NCBI GenBank assembly: GCA_019828565.1
Contig: JAHDYR010000069.1
Span: 124,001-188,000 of the forward strand
DNA length: 64,000 bases
Source of the DNA: Carpediemonas membranifera BICM
Taxonomy: Eukaryota; Protista; Fornicata
Direction: 5' to 3'
Part shown: in pieces, positions 33,297-42,246 of the stretch
How positions within the stretch are numbered: the stretch's first letter is position 1
Layout: each line of letters starts with the position of its first letter
The notes under the pieces: generated by a model
What the model was told of the DNA's origin: nothing
Seen by the model: only the letters and a program-made list of their open reading frames with translations
The model's database searches: none
Position numbers and translations under genes: made by a program

Positions 33297-33491
33297 ACGA
33301 ATGGCCACTGTCTTTTATACCATGACGCTGAGCAGGCATCGCATGGTGGATAGAGAGTTCAGAGGCGGCTTGGCAGACTGATCTAGCTGGATCACCGCTG
33401 TGACCTTACCGTGACTCACGGCGCCGCGTCAGGTCTGCAGCTGGGTCGGCGAGTAAGAATTTGGCAACCACCGAAGCAAGCGCAGGGAGCG

Positions 33492-35126
33492 ATGAGCAGC
33501 ACCAGTTCCTCGTCAGTGGCTGTTAGAGATGCGCTTATCTCTGCATTCAATCTTTCAGTTGCCATCACCGCCTCCATTTCCGGGGACATCCCCTCGCTGC
33601 TCCACCACGCCTACTCCAGGCACTTCGGCGAGCAGATGCCCTCGATCCACAATACAGATAGCACTTCTGCACCAACGAGCGCCGTTTCTCTCGATTCCCT
33701 CCCCGCCACGCTCTCCAAGATCCCCCCTCTCGAACCATCCGCGCAAGCCCTCCTCGACCGCGCCCGCTCGATCCTCACCAGCGGCCCCCCGCTGTCCATG
33801 AACGTCGAGCTCGCGGATGGCGAGGACCTCCCGGTCGCCCTGCACACGCTGAACCAAGGCGCGGTGTGGGCGTGTCTGCTGGGTGGCGGGGCCAACCCAG
33901 ACCTCGAGGACAGGGCGCTGGATGAGGCTCACGAGAAGCAGCTAGGTAATACCGATATTCATAACAGAATCCGCAATGCTCTCACCCCAGAGGCCAAGTG
34001 CCTCTGGTTTCTGTGCCGCAAGTTCTTCTTCACGCTGAATGTGGCAGAGAAGGACGGCAAGTGCTATCAGCACTGTTTGAATGGATTCTATCACCACCGC
34101 ATGTACATGGGTCGACTCTTCATGCTCGACACAAAGCACCACACCGCCCTCACCAGGGCCAGAATGCCCAGGGCCCTTGAGGTCTATAGCGACGGGTTCA
34201 CCCACATCGCCAGGACACCCAAGGGCATGTGGGGCTGGGGTGAGAGCGATTATGGCCAGCTGGGGTTCAGGTCATTAGCATATCGCGAGTTCGTCGACCC
34301 GACCCGCCTCACCTTCCCTGCTTGCCCCAAGATCGCCGAGCTCGAGGCCAGTCTGCCATCTTGGGAGAAGCACGAGCTTGTAGCCGCCGTATCAACAAAT
34401 GTGCTAACCACCTTCATCCTTACCCCAGTCGGCGCAGTCGTGACCGGCAGAGGATCGGTAATGTACGTTGGTCCCGTCAGCAACGAGCATCGCTTCCACC
34501 CTGTACATGTACCGTCCGACTTTGTCCCAGATCACATCGGCCTGTATGGAACTACATGCATCCTCTCCATGGGCGATCGGCAATTGATCTGCGGAGATAA
34601 TTTTTTTGGCCAGCTGGGACTCGGACACGATAGGGGCGAGATGACAGCATTCGAGGAGCTCCCGTTTTGGGTCGACCAGCTGCTGTCTTCCTCCGGTAAT
34701 ACAAACGTCTTTCTCAGCGGTGGCCAGCTTTTATACGCGGGCCGGATTTCCCAGCAGATCGCCCAATCGGGCCTCCTTCCCGGATTAATGAGGGACGCGA
34801 AATGCCTCACAGCCGCCCCACTCCGTTTCCCGACGCGTATTACCGGATGGTACCTTGATACGTTTCAAATGGTTTGGGTTTCTGCGGGTATGACCCATTA
34901 TGTCGACATTTCTACCAAATTCGAGGTCCCTTTCGAGGCAACCGCGGTGAGTCTGCCGCACATTGACCTGACAAACCATAGCCGATGCTTCCGCGATAAG
35001 TATGGCCAGTGGTACGAAGCGAGGAAGATGGTGCGCGGCGTGGCGAGGATGAAGAAGTATGAGGGGGTGCCGAGGATGTGGAGCAGTGTTATTGAGGTCG
35101 ACGCGGGTCCGGCGATCGGTCAGTAG
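33492..35126 (+). CDS. RCC1-like repeat family protein, paralogue B
   Basis: Same motifs as paralogue A (WGWGESDYGQLG, GDNFFGQLGLG). Confidence 0.8.
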   Translation: MSSTSSSSVAVRDALISAFNLSVAITASISGDIPSLLHHAYSRHFGEQMPSIHNTDSTSAPTSAVSLDSLPATLSKIPPLEPSAQALLDRARSILTSGPPLSMNVELADGEDLPVALHTLNQGAVWACLLGGGANPDLEDRALDEAHEKQLGNTDIHNRIRNALTPEAKCLWFLCRKFFFTLNVAEKDGKCYQHCLNGFYHHRMYMGRLFMLDTKHHTALTRARMPRALEVYSDGFTHIARTPKGMWGWGESDYGQLGFRSLAYREFVDPTRLTFPACPKIAELEASLPSWEKHELVAAVSTNVLTTFILTPVGAVVTGRGSVMYVGPVSNEHRFHPVHVPSDFVPDHIGLYGTTCILSMGDRQLICGDNFFGQLGLGHDRGEMTAFEELPFWVDQLLSSSGNTNVFLSGGQLLYAGRISQQIAQSGLLPGLMRDAKCLTAAPLRFPTRITGWYLDTFQMVWVSAGMTHYVDISTKFEVPFEATAVSLPHIDLTNHSRCFRDKYGQWYEARKMVRGVARMKKYEGVPRMWSSVIEVDAGPAIGQ

Positions 35127-35212
35127 GGAGCAAGAGCGGGTATATGCCATGTTCTTGAGCCGCTCTGGCTGTGATCGCCCAGTCATGTGCAGTTTTAAGA
35201 CATAGAATTTGG

Positions 35213-35824
35213 ATGACGACTCAAAGGACACTTGAAGGCTTTGTTACGCGCAAAAAAGAAACTAAAAGACGATTGAATACGTCTGGATCGGTCGAATCAA
35301 TGACAGAAACTGGCAAAGCTCCTCAGAAGAGGGACGAACATGCATCCCCTACTCGAAAGAGCGCCATCGTTGTTCACGGAGACCTCCTTTCATTCTCCAA
35401 AGCCAACTCTATTGCGCATCAAACCAACTGCAAGTCCACATACGCCAAAGGACTAGCAACAATTCTTTTCCGCCGCTTCCCCTACGCCGACGTCTACACC
35501 AACCCTTCCAAGGCCCCCACCCGCACACCCGGCACCATAACGATCCACCAAGACCCCATGACCAAGGGCAAGACTGTTGTGAACATTTACGGGCAGCGTT
35601 ACCCGGGCAAGCCGACCCCCTTTGAGTCCACCGCCAACAGGGAGGATTGGTTCCGTCAGGCCTTGAAAGCCATGGCCGAGCAGCAAGAATCCATTGGCAC
35701 AGTGGCCTTTCCCTTCGGCATCGGCTGCGGCATGGCGGGGGGCAACTGGGCGCGGTACAGGGCTATGATTGACAGCTTTGCTAGGGCGTATGGGCACGAG
35801 GTGTACATCGTCAGACTCAAGTGA
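35213..35824 (+). CDS. Macrodomain protein (TARG1/DarG-like) with an N-terminal PIP-box-like motif
   Basis: VHGDLL, IAHQTNC...AKGLA..LFRRFP, VAFPFGIGCGMAGGNW; QRTLEGFV at the N-terminus. Confidence 0.85.
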   Translation: MTTQRTLEGFVTRKKETKRRLNTSGSVESMTETGKAPQKRDEHASPTRKSAIVVHGDLLSFSKANSIAHQTNCKSTYAKGLATILFRRFPYADVYTNPSKAPTRTPGTITIHQDPMTKGKTVVNIYGQRYPGKPTPFESTANREDWFRQALKAMAEQQESIGTVAFPFGIGCGMAGGNWARYRAMIDSFARAYGHEVYIVRLK

Positions 35825-36093
35825 CGGCGAATGGTAATGCAGTAGTGAGTTTGAGTTTTTACCATTTTCCAATGCCGGGGTTGCGTTGACGGCACAACCA
35901 AATGCAATGCCCACTGGCAGCGATTCGAGATTTATTAGCCGAAATGGGCGCCCATCCGGGACTGTTGCAGTGTTAGGCAGAGTCGACTGAGCCATATAGG
36001 CCAATATTGGCCTGTTACATGAGTGATAAATCTCTTTTATATTCCCTCACCCTTGTTAACCACCCGAGCAACAGACTAACTGACCACATCTAC

Positions 36094-36571
36094 ATGAGTA
36101 ATAAAGGCAAGTAAGATCACGCAGGCACGCGCAGATATCCTGATTAATGAGCCTCTGCTCCGGAACGGCCGTCCTCTAGTGATTGAGGTCACAGTCGGCA
36201 AGTCTGACTCGGACTCATTCATCCAGGAGAAGAAGGACCAGTACGCCGACTACAATGTTGACGTCATTGTCGTCGCACTCACTCCAACCGGCAGCCACAT
36301 CGAGTCAGCCGCCAGGAGTCTGGTTGAAATCGGACAGGAAATCTGCACGATCACCGGCGCAGAATGCTTTACTGACCGCCGAGCTCGGTCGGTTCTCGCG
36401 ATCGCACTGATGGGCTGGCTACTGAAGAAGTCATTCGAGCTCCGCAAGGCACACCGCCTGCTCCATCTGGCCACGTCCGTGATCAATCCTCCACATCTCC
36501 CCCCACCCCCTCCCACCGCCGCCATCCAGCGGAGTCAGCGTGGAGGCGCTTCGGCGCCCCGCAATGGCTGA
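36094..36571 (+). CDS. Hypothetical protein with a possible GC-AG intron at 36107-36134
   Basis: ORF 36179-36571 has no ATG near its start. Removing 28 nt (GCAAGT...CAG) puts ATG 36094 in frame. Confidence 0.45.
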
Positions 36572-36603
36572 ATAATGGTATGTACATGTTTACATACAAT
36601 CGA

Positions 36604-36635
36604 GTAAATTCGTAAATTCGTAAATTCGTAAATTC
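36604..36635. repeat. (GTAAATTC)x4 short tandem repeat
   Basis: Four exact 8-bp copies ending 13 bp upstream of ATG 36649. Confidence 0.9.
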
Positions 36636-36648
36636 ATAAATCGAATCG

Positions 36649-37455
36649 ATGTCAGCTCCCATCCCACAAACATCCTTCATGTCCTCTGAAGCGCTCAAGG
36701 AAGAAGGAAACACGCTTTTCAAGCAGAAAAAGTTCAAGGAAGCGCTCACTGCGTACACCAAGGCGATTGCCATGGATGAAACCAACTTTGTACTCTATTC
36801 CAACCGAGCCATGGTTCAGATCAAGCTTCACAACGGGCCATCCGCCCTCAAGGACGCTAAGAAGTGTGTACAACTGTGCGATGATCCGAAGTTCGTGAAG
36901 GGTCATCTTCGCGAAGCTCAGGCCCACCGCCTCCTCAACGCGCCCGCTGCTGCCTTCCAGGCCGTCCAAGAAGGGCTCAAGAAGGTCCCAGACGATCCCC
37001 TCCTTCTCAAGGTTCGTGCTGAACTCTCGAACTTCGCCACATTTACCGACAAGCGTGTGGCGACCCGTGTGGAAGAGATTCTCGCCAACAACTGGCCAAA
37101 GGAGGCCGCCCACAAGATCAGAATGTTCTACCAGACATGGAAGTTCCAATGTGAACGCACATGCTTCTCCCCAATGATCCAAACTCTGAGCATCGGCGGC
37201 AAGATCCTCGCTTTTTCCTTCATTACCGATCTGTCCTTCGACCCACTCGACCTGAAAGAACACCCCAAGGTCGTTAAGGTGGACAAGCTATGCATCCTCG
37301 ACGAGTACCGCGGCCAAGGGTTGGAGGCGGACATGCTTCGTCAGGTCGTCCTCGAACATGGCGAGGTTGAGTGTGAGCTGCATGACCTAAGGTTGGAGCT
37401 GGCTGACGCTGGATTCAGACTCGATGGGGGGAAGTGGAGGGCGAGAAAGGGATGA
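36649..37455 (+). CDS. TPR protein with a C-terminal GNAT-like domain
   Basis: ALKEEGNTLFKQKKFKEALTAYTKAI...YSNRA, followed by LCILDEYRGQGL. Confidence 0.82.
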   Translation: MSAPIPQTSFMSSEALKEEGNTLFKQKKFKEALTAYTKAIAMDETNFVLYSNRAMVQIKLHNGPSALKDAKKCVQLCDDPKFVKGHLREAQAHRLLNAPAAAFQAVQEGLKKVPDDPLLLKVRAELSNFATFTDKRVATRVEEILANNWPKEAAHKIRMFYQTWKFQCERTCFSPMIQTLSIGGKILAFSFITDLSFDPLDLKEHPKVVKVDKLCILDEYRGQGLEADMLRQVVLEHGEVECELHDLRLELADAGFRLDGGKWRARKG

Positions 37456-37513
37456 TGCTGTAAATTATCGCCATTTACTACTGTTACCTGAGAAATGTAT
37501 TCCGGATGCAAGG

Positions 37514-38710
37514 ATGAGGCCGATTGGAAATCTCGCCAAGGGCGGCGGGCCGCAGGGATATAGGTTTGTAGATGCTCATGGGTATGCCGGATCATACATT
37601 ATTGTATCGCAAGTGGCAAACAGCGTCGGCATTGCGCAAATACAGGAAGGAAGCACCGTGCGTTCGACTACGTACGAAGTTCCGGCCGAGAATCTAGATA
37701 AGAGCTTCCTCTTGTCTTCTGCTCTCCATATAGTTGGCGAAACCGTGCACATCTTCCTCTCATGCATCAGCGGTGCCGCTTCGTTGATCTACACCATAAC
37801 CCTCGGCCAAACCCAGCCCGCAGCCACCTTCTACGCCAGACTCGACGATATATCAGTAACTGCCCTGGCTGTGGCCCCTCTCGCTGCCAGCCCAGTTCCC
37901 CACCTCCTCCTGGGCTGCCATGGGCCCCATCACCTCTCCGTCAGGTCCGTAGTCCTCGAAGAAACACCCTCAGTCGGGCCTGTAGTTGTCACTGATAATG
38001 ATTGCCCACACAGCCGGTCAAAGGAAGTCTTTACAGACGAGAATAGATTTGTAAGACTTGTGGCCGATCCACTGGGTCGCTTCGTGGTCTGTGTGCCCGA
38101 GGACGAGGAATTTATATCGATCGCCCAACTCCCCGCAGATCCTGCCCCTGCAGTTATCAGCCTGGCCGCCACTGCGAAGAGTGTGGTGGTCTGTCCTCTC
38201 GAGAACGGGAACTCGCGGCTTCTAGTTGAGACAATGGTTGATGTGACTGTTGCTATGCTTGACAACACCGGGACCGTGATCGGCGGGTCAGCGCATACAA
38301 CACCGCTGAACGATCCTGCGACGTTTACTCCAAACGCGGCTCTATTTACTGAATTCGACGATATATCGTACAATCATGTAATTACAGCCTGGGAGTCTTC
38401 CGGCCGAGTCATGCTCTCCACCGTGACCATGGAGGAAGACGCCCAAACACCAGGGTCTGACCCCCGCCAGGGCTCCATCCGCATACTAGACCTCACCTCC
38501 TCAACCCCCTCGACTGTGGCCGAGTTCGTGCTCGAGCGGCAGTCAGGGAACGGCAAGGCAGGGTCCCGTGGCCCTCAGAGGCTGAGGGATCCCCGCTGGG
38601 TCGGCGTTTGGGAGACTGGGGTCGCAGTCCTAGACGACATGGGGGAGGTGCTCGGGACGCCCGGGAGAGGGGGGAGAGCGAGCGGGGGAAGAAGAGACAC
38701 GCCCTTTTGA
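37514..38710 (+). CDS. Hypothetical beta-strand-rich (propeller-like) protein
   Basis: Long ORF of about 400 aa with no clear motif. Confidence 0.6.
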   Translation: MRPIGNLAKGGGPQGYRFVDAHGYAGSYIIVSQVANSVGIAQIQEGSTVRSTTYEVPAENLDKSFLLSSALHIVGETVHIFLSCISGAASLIYTITLGQTQPAATFYARLDDISVTALAVAPLAASPVPHLLLGCHGPHHLSVRSVVLEETPSVGPVVVTDNDCPHSRSKEVFTDENRFVRLVADPLGRFVVCVPEDEEFISIAQLPADPAPAVISLAATAKSVVVCPLENGNSRLLVETMVDVTVAMLDNTGTVIGGSAHTTPLNDPATFTPNAALFTEFDDISYNHVITAWESSGRVMLSTVTMEEDAQTPGSDPRQGSIRILDLTSSTPSTVAEFVLERQSGNGKAGSRGPQRLRDPRWVGVWETGVAVLDDMGEVLGTPGRGGRASGGRRDTPF

Positions 38711-38911
38711 ACATAAACCTGCGGATTAGTGCAGGTGAAGGGGTTCGATGTTTTAGGTGAGGGGGGAGTAATGGTGGTGATGTGACCGCGGTTAGTGTCC
38801 TTGAGCTTGGTTTGACGCTTGGTCGAAGCGGCACATGCAAAGGTGATGAATTTTTGGGCCATTTACGTGACCGCGTAAATCATGTAACTGTCGAGCAACA
38901 CACACATTCTG

Positions 38912-41900
38912 ATGGCTATCTGGAAAAGGAAGAAAGATAACCCCGAAGTAACAACGCAAGCAAGCAAGCCGGCATCCAATGTTACGTCAAGCGCCGCAAG
39001 CGCTTCCAAAACTGCGGCAACGTCCGTAAAGCCGCAAACGCTGCGCCCCGCAGCTCCCCAGCATATGACGACTCCTTCTGGCAATCCGCTCGGTCTTTCC
39101 GCAGATGAGACGAACCTTCTACTCAAGGAGCTTCAACAGAAGCCTTCAACAGGCATCGAAGACGTTTTCGAGGACGCTGGCCTCGAAGAAGGCATCAAGA
39201 TGTGGGTAATGGACGGCCTACTGCCCCGGGAGATCCCCGAGTCAGAGCACGGCATCTTCTACTCGGCAGACGCCTATATCGTTCTTTCTGCCGTCGACCA
39301 CGACGGCGCCATGGACCTCGAACTGTACACCTGGGCCGGTAAGGACGCCACCATGGATAAGACAGGCTCGGTGGCAGCGTGGGTCGTGCAGCTGGCAGGG
39401 TACCTCTCGGAGATGGCCGCGGGATGCGTCCAGAAGAAGGAGGACGACGGCGAGGAGAGCCCCGACTTCATCGCCCTCTTTGGGGGAATAGAGCACCGCG
39501 AGGGCTCTTGTGCCACACGTACAGGCCTCCGCAAGCCCGTAATCGAGGCCCCGAGGCTTTTCCACATCATCCGAGTCGCTAAGCGGATCCGAATCATATC
39601 TAGAGATCCTACCTGGACCTCTCTTCCATGTATAGATATGCCCGAAGATTTGACTCACTCAAACGGCTCCCCAGTCCGCTTTGTAGACCACGGGCTTGTC
39701 TGGGACGAGAAGAAGCACGGCGACGTCGTCACCAAGTACGCAGGTTCGTTCATCCTGCAGCACGGCAAGTCCGTCTTCCTTTTCACGCCCCCCGCCCCGC
39801 CGTGTCGGGCGGTGATGCCGCAGGAGCGGGCTCGGCAGATGGAGGTTGCTGCCACGATCCAGGAGGACGTCCCCGGGGCCCGGCTGGTGGTTGTGGGTGA
39901 GACCGAGGAGGAGGACGCGCCGTTCTGGGCCGCCCTGGGCGGCCAGACTACTTGGGACCGCCTCCAGCCCGTGATCGCCGCGAGAAACGCAGCGATGGCC
40001 GAATACGACGAGGAGGAAGAGGAGTTCTCCGAGGAAGAAGAACTCGAAGAAGAGACCGACGCGTGCAAGCTAGTCCGGGTCGACTTCTCCACCGGCCAGT
40101 TCGGGATCAAACGGGTTGACAAGGACCCCGCCGGCCACTACACCAGGGCCATGCTCGCCCCCGATGCGGTCTACCTGCTGTTCACGGACCTCGAGCTCTT
40201 CGTGTGGACGGGGAACAAGGCCAGGGCCCTAGAGGTCTCGGGGGCGCTCCATGCGGCCACGGAGGTGCTCGGGCCGGAGCAGGGGCTGCACGTCGAGAGG
40301 GTGATCCCCTCAATCGAGCCCGTGACATTCACTGCACACTTCCCAGGGTGGAGAAAGGTCCTGCTGCCGTCAGAGTATCGCGTGGTCGAGTCGAAGATCG
40401 CCCAATCGGTCCCGCAGATTAAGGTCGATACGAAGATGATGCACACGCCGCCGGCACCTCCAGTACACCCTGCTACGCCCCCGTACGGCCGCATCCGGTG
40501 CTATCGTATCAGCGACTCCTCTGTCGAGGCTGTCCCGCCCGAACTCTTCGGACACTTCTTCTCCAAGGACGTCATCGTCGTGTGTGTCGACAACACGCAG
40601 AAGCCCCTCGACGCACCTGACCGGTCCTTCCATATCTTCGTCTGGGTTGGCCGCGACGCCTCTCCCCTCCCTGTGCTGACGTACAAACAGGTCCTGATGG
40701 GCAAGTTCGCGGTCCAGGTCGAGTCCACGGGCGGCGGGCGGCCCGTGCACCACTGGGAGCGGATGGGGAGCGAGAGCACCGAGTTCAAGCACCTCTTCGC
40801 GTCTACGATGGTTATCCACAGCGGGGGTAAGTCGGCCCTCTTCATCGACCACGCACCCGCCCCACCCACGCCCTGCCGTCTTTACCAGGTCGGCGGCTGG
40901 CCGTACGCTGCTCCGTGTGCAAGAGAGGTCGCCCCAACATTCTCATCGCTCAACTCCCGCGATTGTTTCCTGCTTGTGATCCAGCCGGAAAACCCTGCCA
41001 GAAGCCCGGCAGCAGCAGCGTTCGGTGATAAGATTGTGGTTGTCCTATGGAGAGGCAGGCTCGCCTCCAAGGATCTAGCCAACGCCGCCTTCGAGCTTGT
41101 CGACACCTTCATCCACTTGGAGCCGGACGAGGATGAAGACGACGTCGCCCACGTCATCACCGAGAAGGAGGGCAGCGAGGGGCCTGTGACGGTCGAGGCA
41201 CTCTGCGAGGAGGGCCAGCGAAAGCCGTGGGACCAATACTACCCCTCCCCCGCCAACTACGGTGTCGTTGCAATCGAGAAGAGCACGAAGAGCGTCAAGG
41301 TTGGGTTCGAGCAGGCGCTCAAGGATGGTGGGTTTGATCATTTGATGAGGGATGATTTGCATGAGGTTATGTATAGGGCTGACAAGTTTGATGAGCTCAA
41401 GACGAGCAAGAAATACGACTCGCTTGCCCAGAAGAAGCACGAGGCATTCATCCCGCGTCTATTCCGGCTTTCAGGAATCTCGGGCTGCTTTGACTATCTC
41501 CGAATCATCCCCATCCAGCAGGCCGAACTCGACTCCACCCAGATTTACATGCTAGACACGTATAGCCATGTATATCTCTGGGGCGACCCAGCCCACCACG
41601 ACTACGACGCTGCCGACAACCTGGCGCATGAATACATCGGTCAGGGGCTTAGAATCGACGGCAGAGTTGGCTGTGACGTTGTGCCTCTCCGGCCGGGTCT
41701 TGAACCACCAGCGTTTTTGTGCTGTTTCCCTGGTTGGATTGATAAGGAGGAGAAGCCTGTTTTTGACCCCTATGCTAAGCTCAGTGCTGAAGCAGTACAG
41801 CGTGGGTTCGAGGCTCGTCAGGAGCGGATTTTGAAACGGCTTGAGTACCAGCGTAAGATGGATGAGGCAGACGAGCGCGAGGCCCAGCGTATTATGGCGG

Positions 41901-41923
41901 AGATGGGGATCAAGAATGAATAG
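38912..41923 (+). CDS. Villin/gelsolin-family actin-binding protein
   Basis: Repeated gelsolin motifs (HGIFYSADAYIVL, LYTWAGKDA, LFVWTGNKA, FGHFFSKD, SLNSRDCFLL, IYMLDTYSHVYLWG). Confidence 0.9.
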   Translation: MAIWKRKKDNPEVTTQASKPASNVTSSAASASKTAATSVKPQTLRPAAPQHMTTPSGNPLGLSADETNLLLKELQQKPSTGIEDVFEDAGLEEGIKMWVMDGLLPREIPESEHGIFYSADAYIVLSAVDHDGAMDLELYTWAGKDATMDKTGSVAAWVVQLAGYLSEMAAGCVQKKEDDGEESPDFIALFGGIEHREGSCATRTGLRKPVIEAPRLFHIIRVAKRIRIISRDPTWTSLPCIDMPEDLTHSNGSPVRFVDHGLVWDEKKHGDVVTKYAGSFILQHGKSVFLFTPPAPPCRAVMPQERARQMEVAATIQEDVPGARLVVVGETEEEDAPFWAALGGQTTWDRLQPVIAARNAAMAEYDEEEEEFSEEEELEEETDACKLVRVDFSTGQFGIKRVDKDPAGHYTRAMLAPDAVYLLFTDLELFVWTGNKARALEVSGALHAATEVLGPEQGLHVERVIPSIEPVTFTAHFPGWRKVLLPSEYRVVESKIAQSVPQIKVDTKMMHTPPAPPVHPATPPYGRIRCYRISDSSVEAVPPELFGHFFSKDVIVVCVDNTQKPLDAPDRSFHIFVWVGRDASPLPVLTYKQVLMGKFAVQVESTGGGRPVHHWERMGSESTEFKHLFASTMVIHSGGKSALFIDHAPAPPTPCRLYQVGGWPYAAPCAREVAPTFSSLNSRDCFLLVIQPENPARSPAAAAFGDKIVVVLWRGRLASKDLANAAFELVDTFIHLEPDEDEDDVAHVITEKEGSEGPVTVEALCEEGQRKPWDQYYPSPANYGVVAIEKSTKSVKVGFEQALKDGGFDHLMRDDLHEVMYRADKFDELKTSKKYDSLAQKKHEAFIPRLFRLSGISGCFDYLRIIPIQQAELDSTQIYMLDTYSHVYLWGDPAHHDYDAADNLAHEYIGQGLRIDGRVGCDVVPLRPGLEPPAFLCCFPGWIDKEEKPVFDPYAKLSAEAVQRGFEARQERILKRLEYQRKMDEADEREAQRIMAEMGIKNE

Positions 41924-42246
41924 ATGGCCTGGTGATGGTATGAATAGCTGTTGTGGTGTTTTGTGTTTCTTGAGTTTAGTTGAGGGAGTCAGCGGCCTTC
42001 TGTTGTCATTGGAGAGGTTAGTTAGATTGAGGCGGGGGTTGTGGGTGAAAGACGATGAAGAGTCAGCGTGAGGGGTCATTCTTGGCTAATCCGAGATACT
42101 ACTACTCGCGATCAAGCGTATCTTCCACGTACATTTTTTCCTCGAATTTTTTCCGGAATTTTTTCTGACCGGCAAAAGTCACGATGCCAATACCATTGCT
42201 CAACCAACAGTTTCAACGGCCCTCAAGACTTCTCATGAGGATCAAA

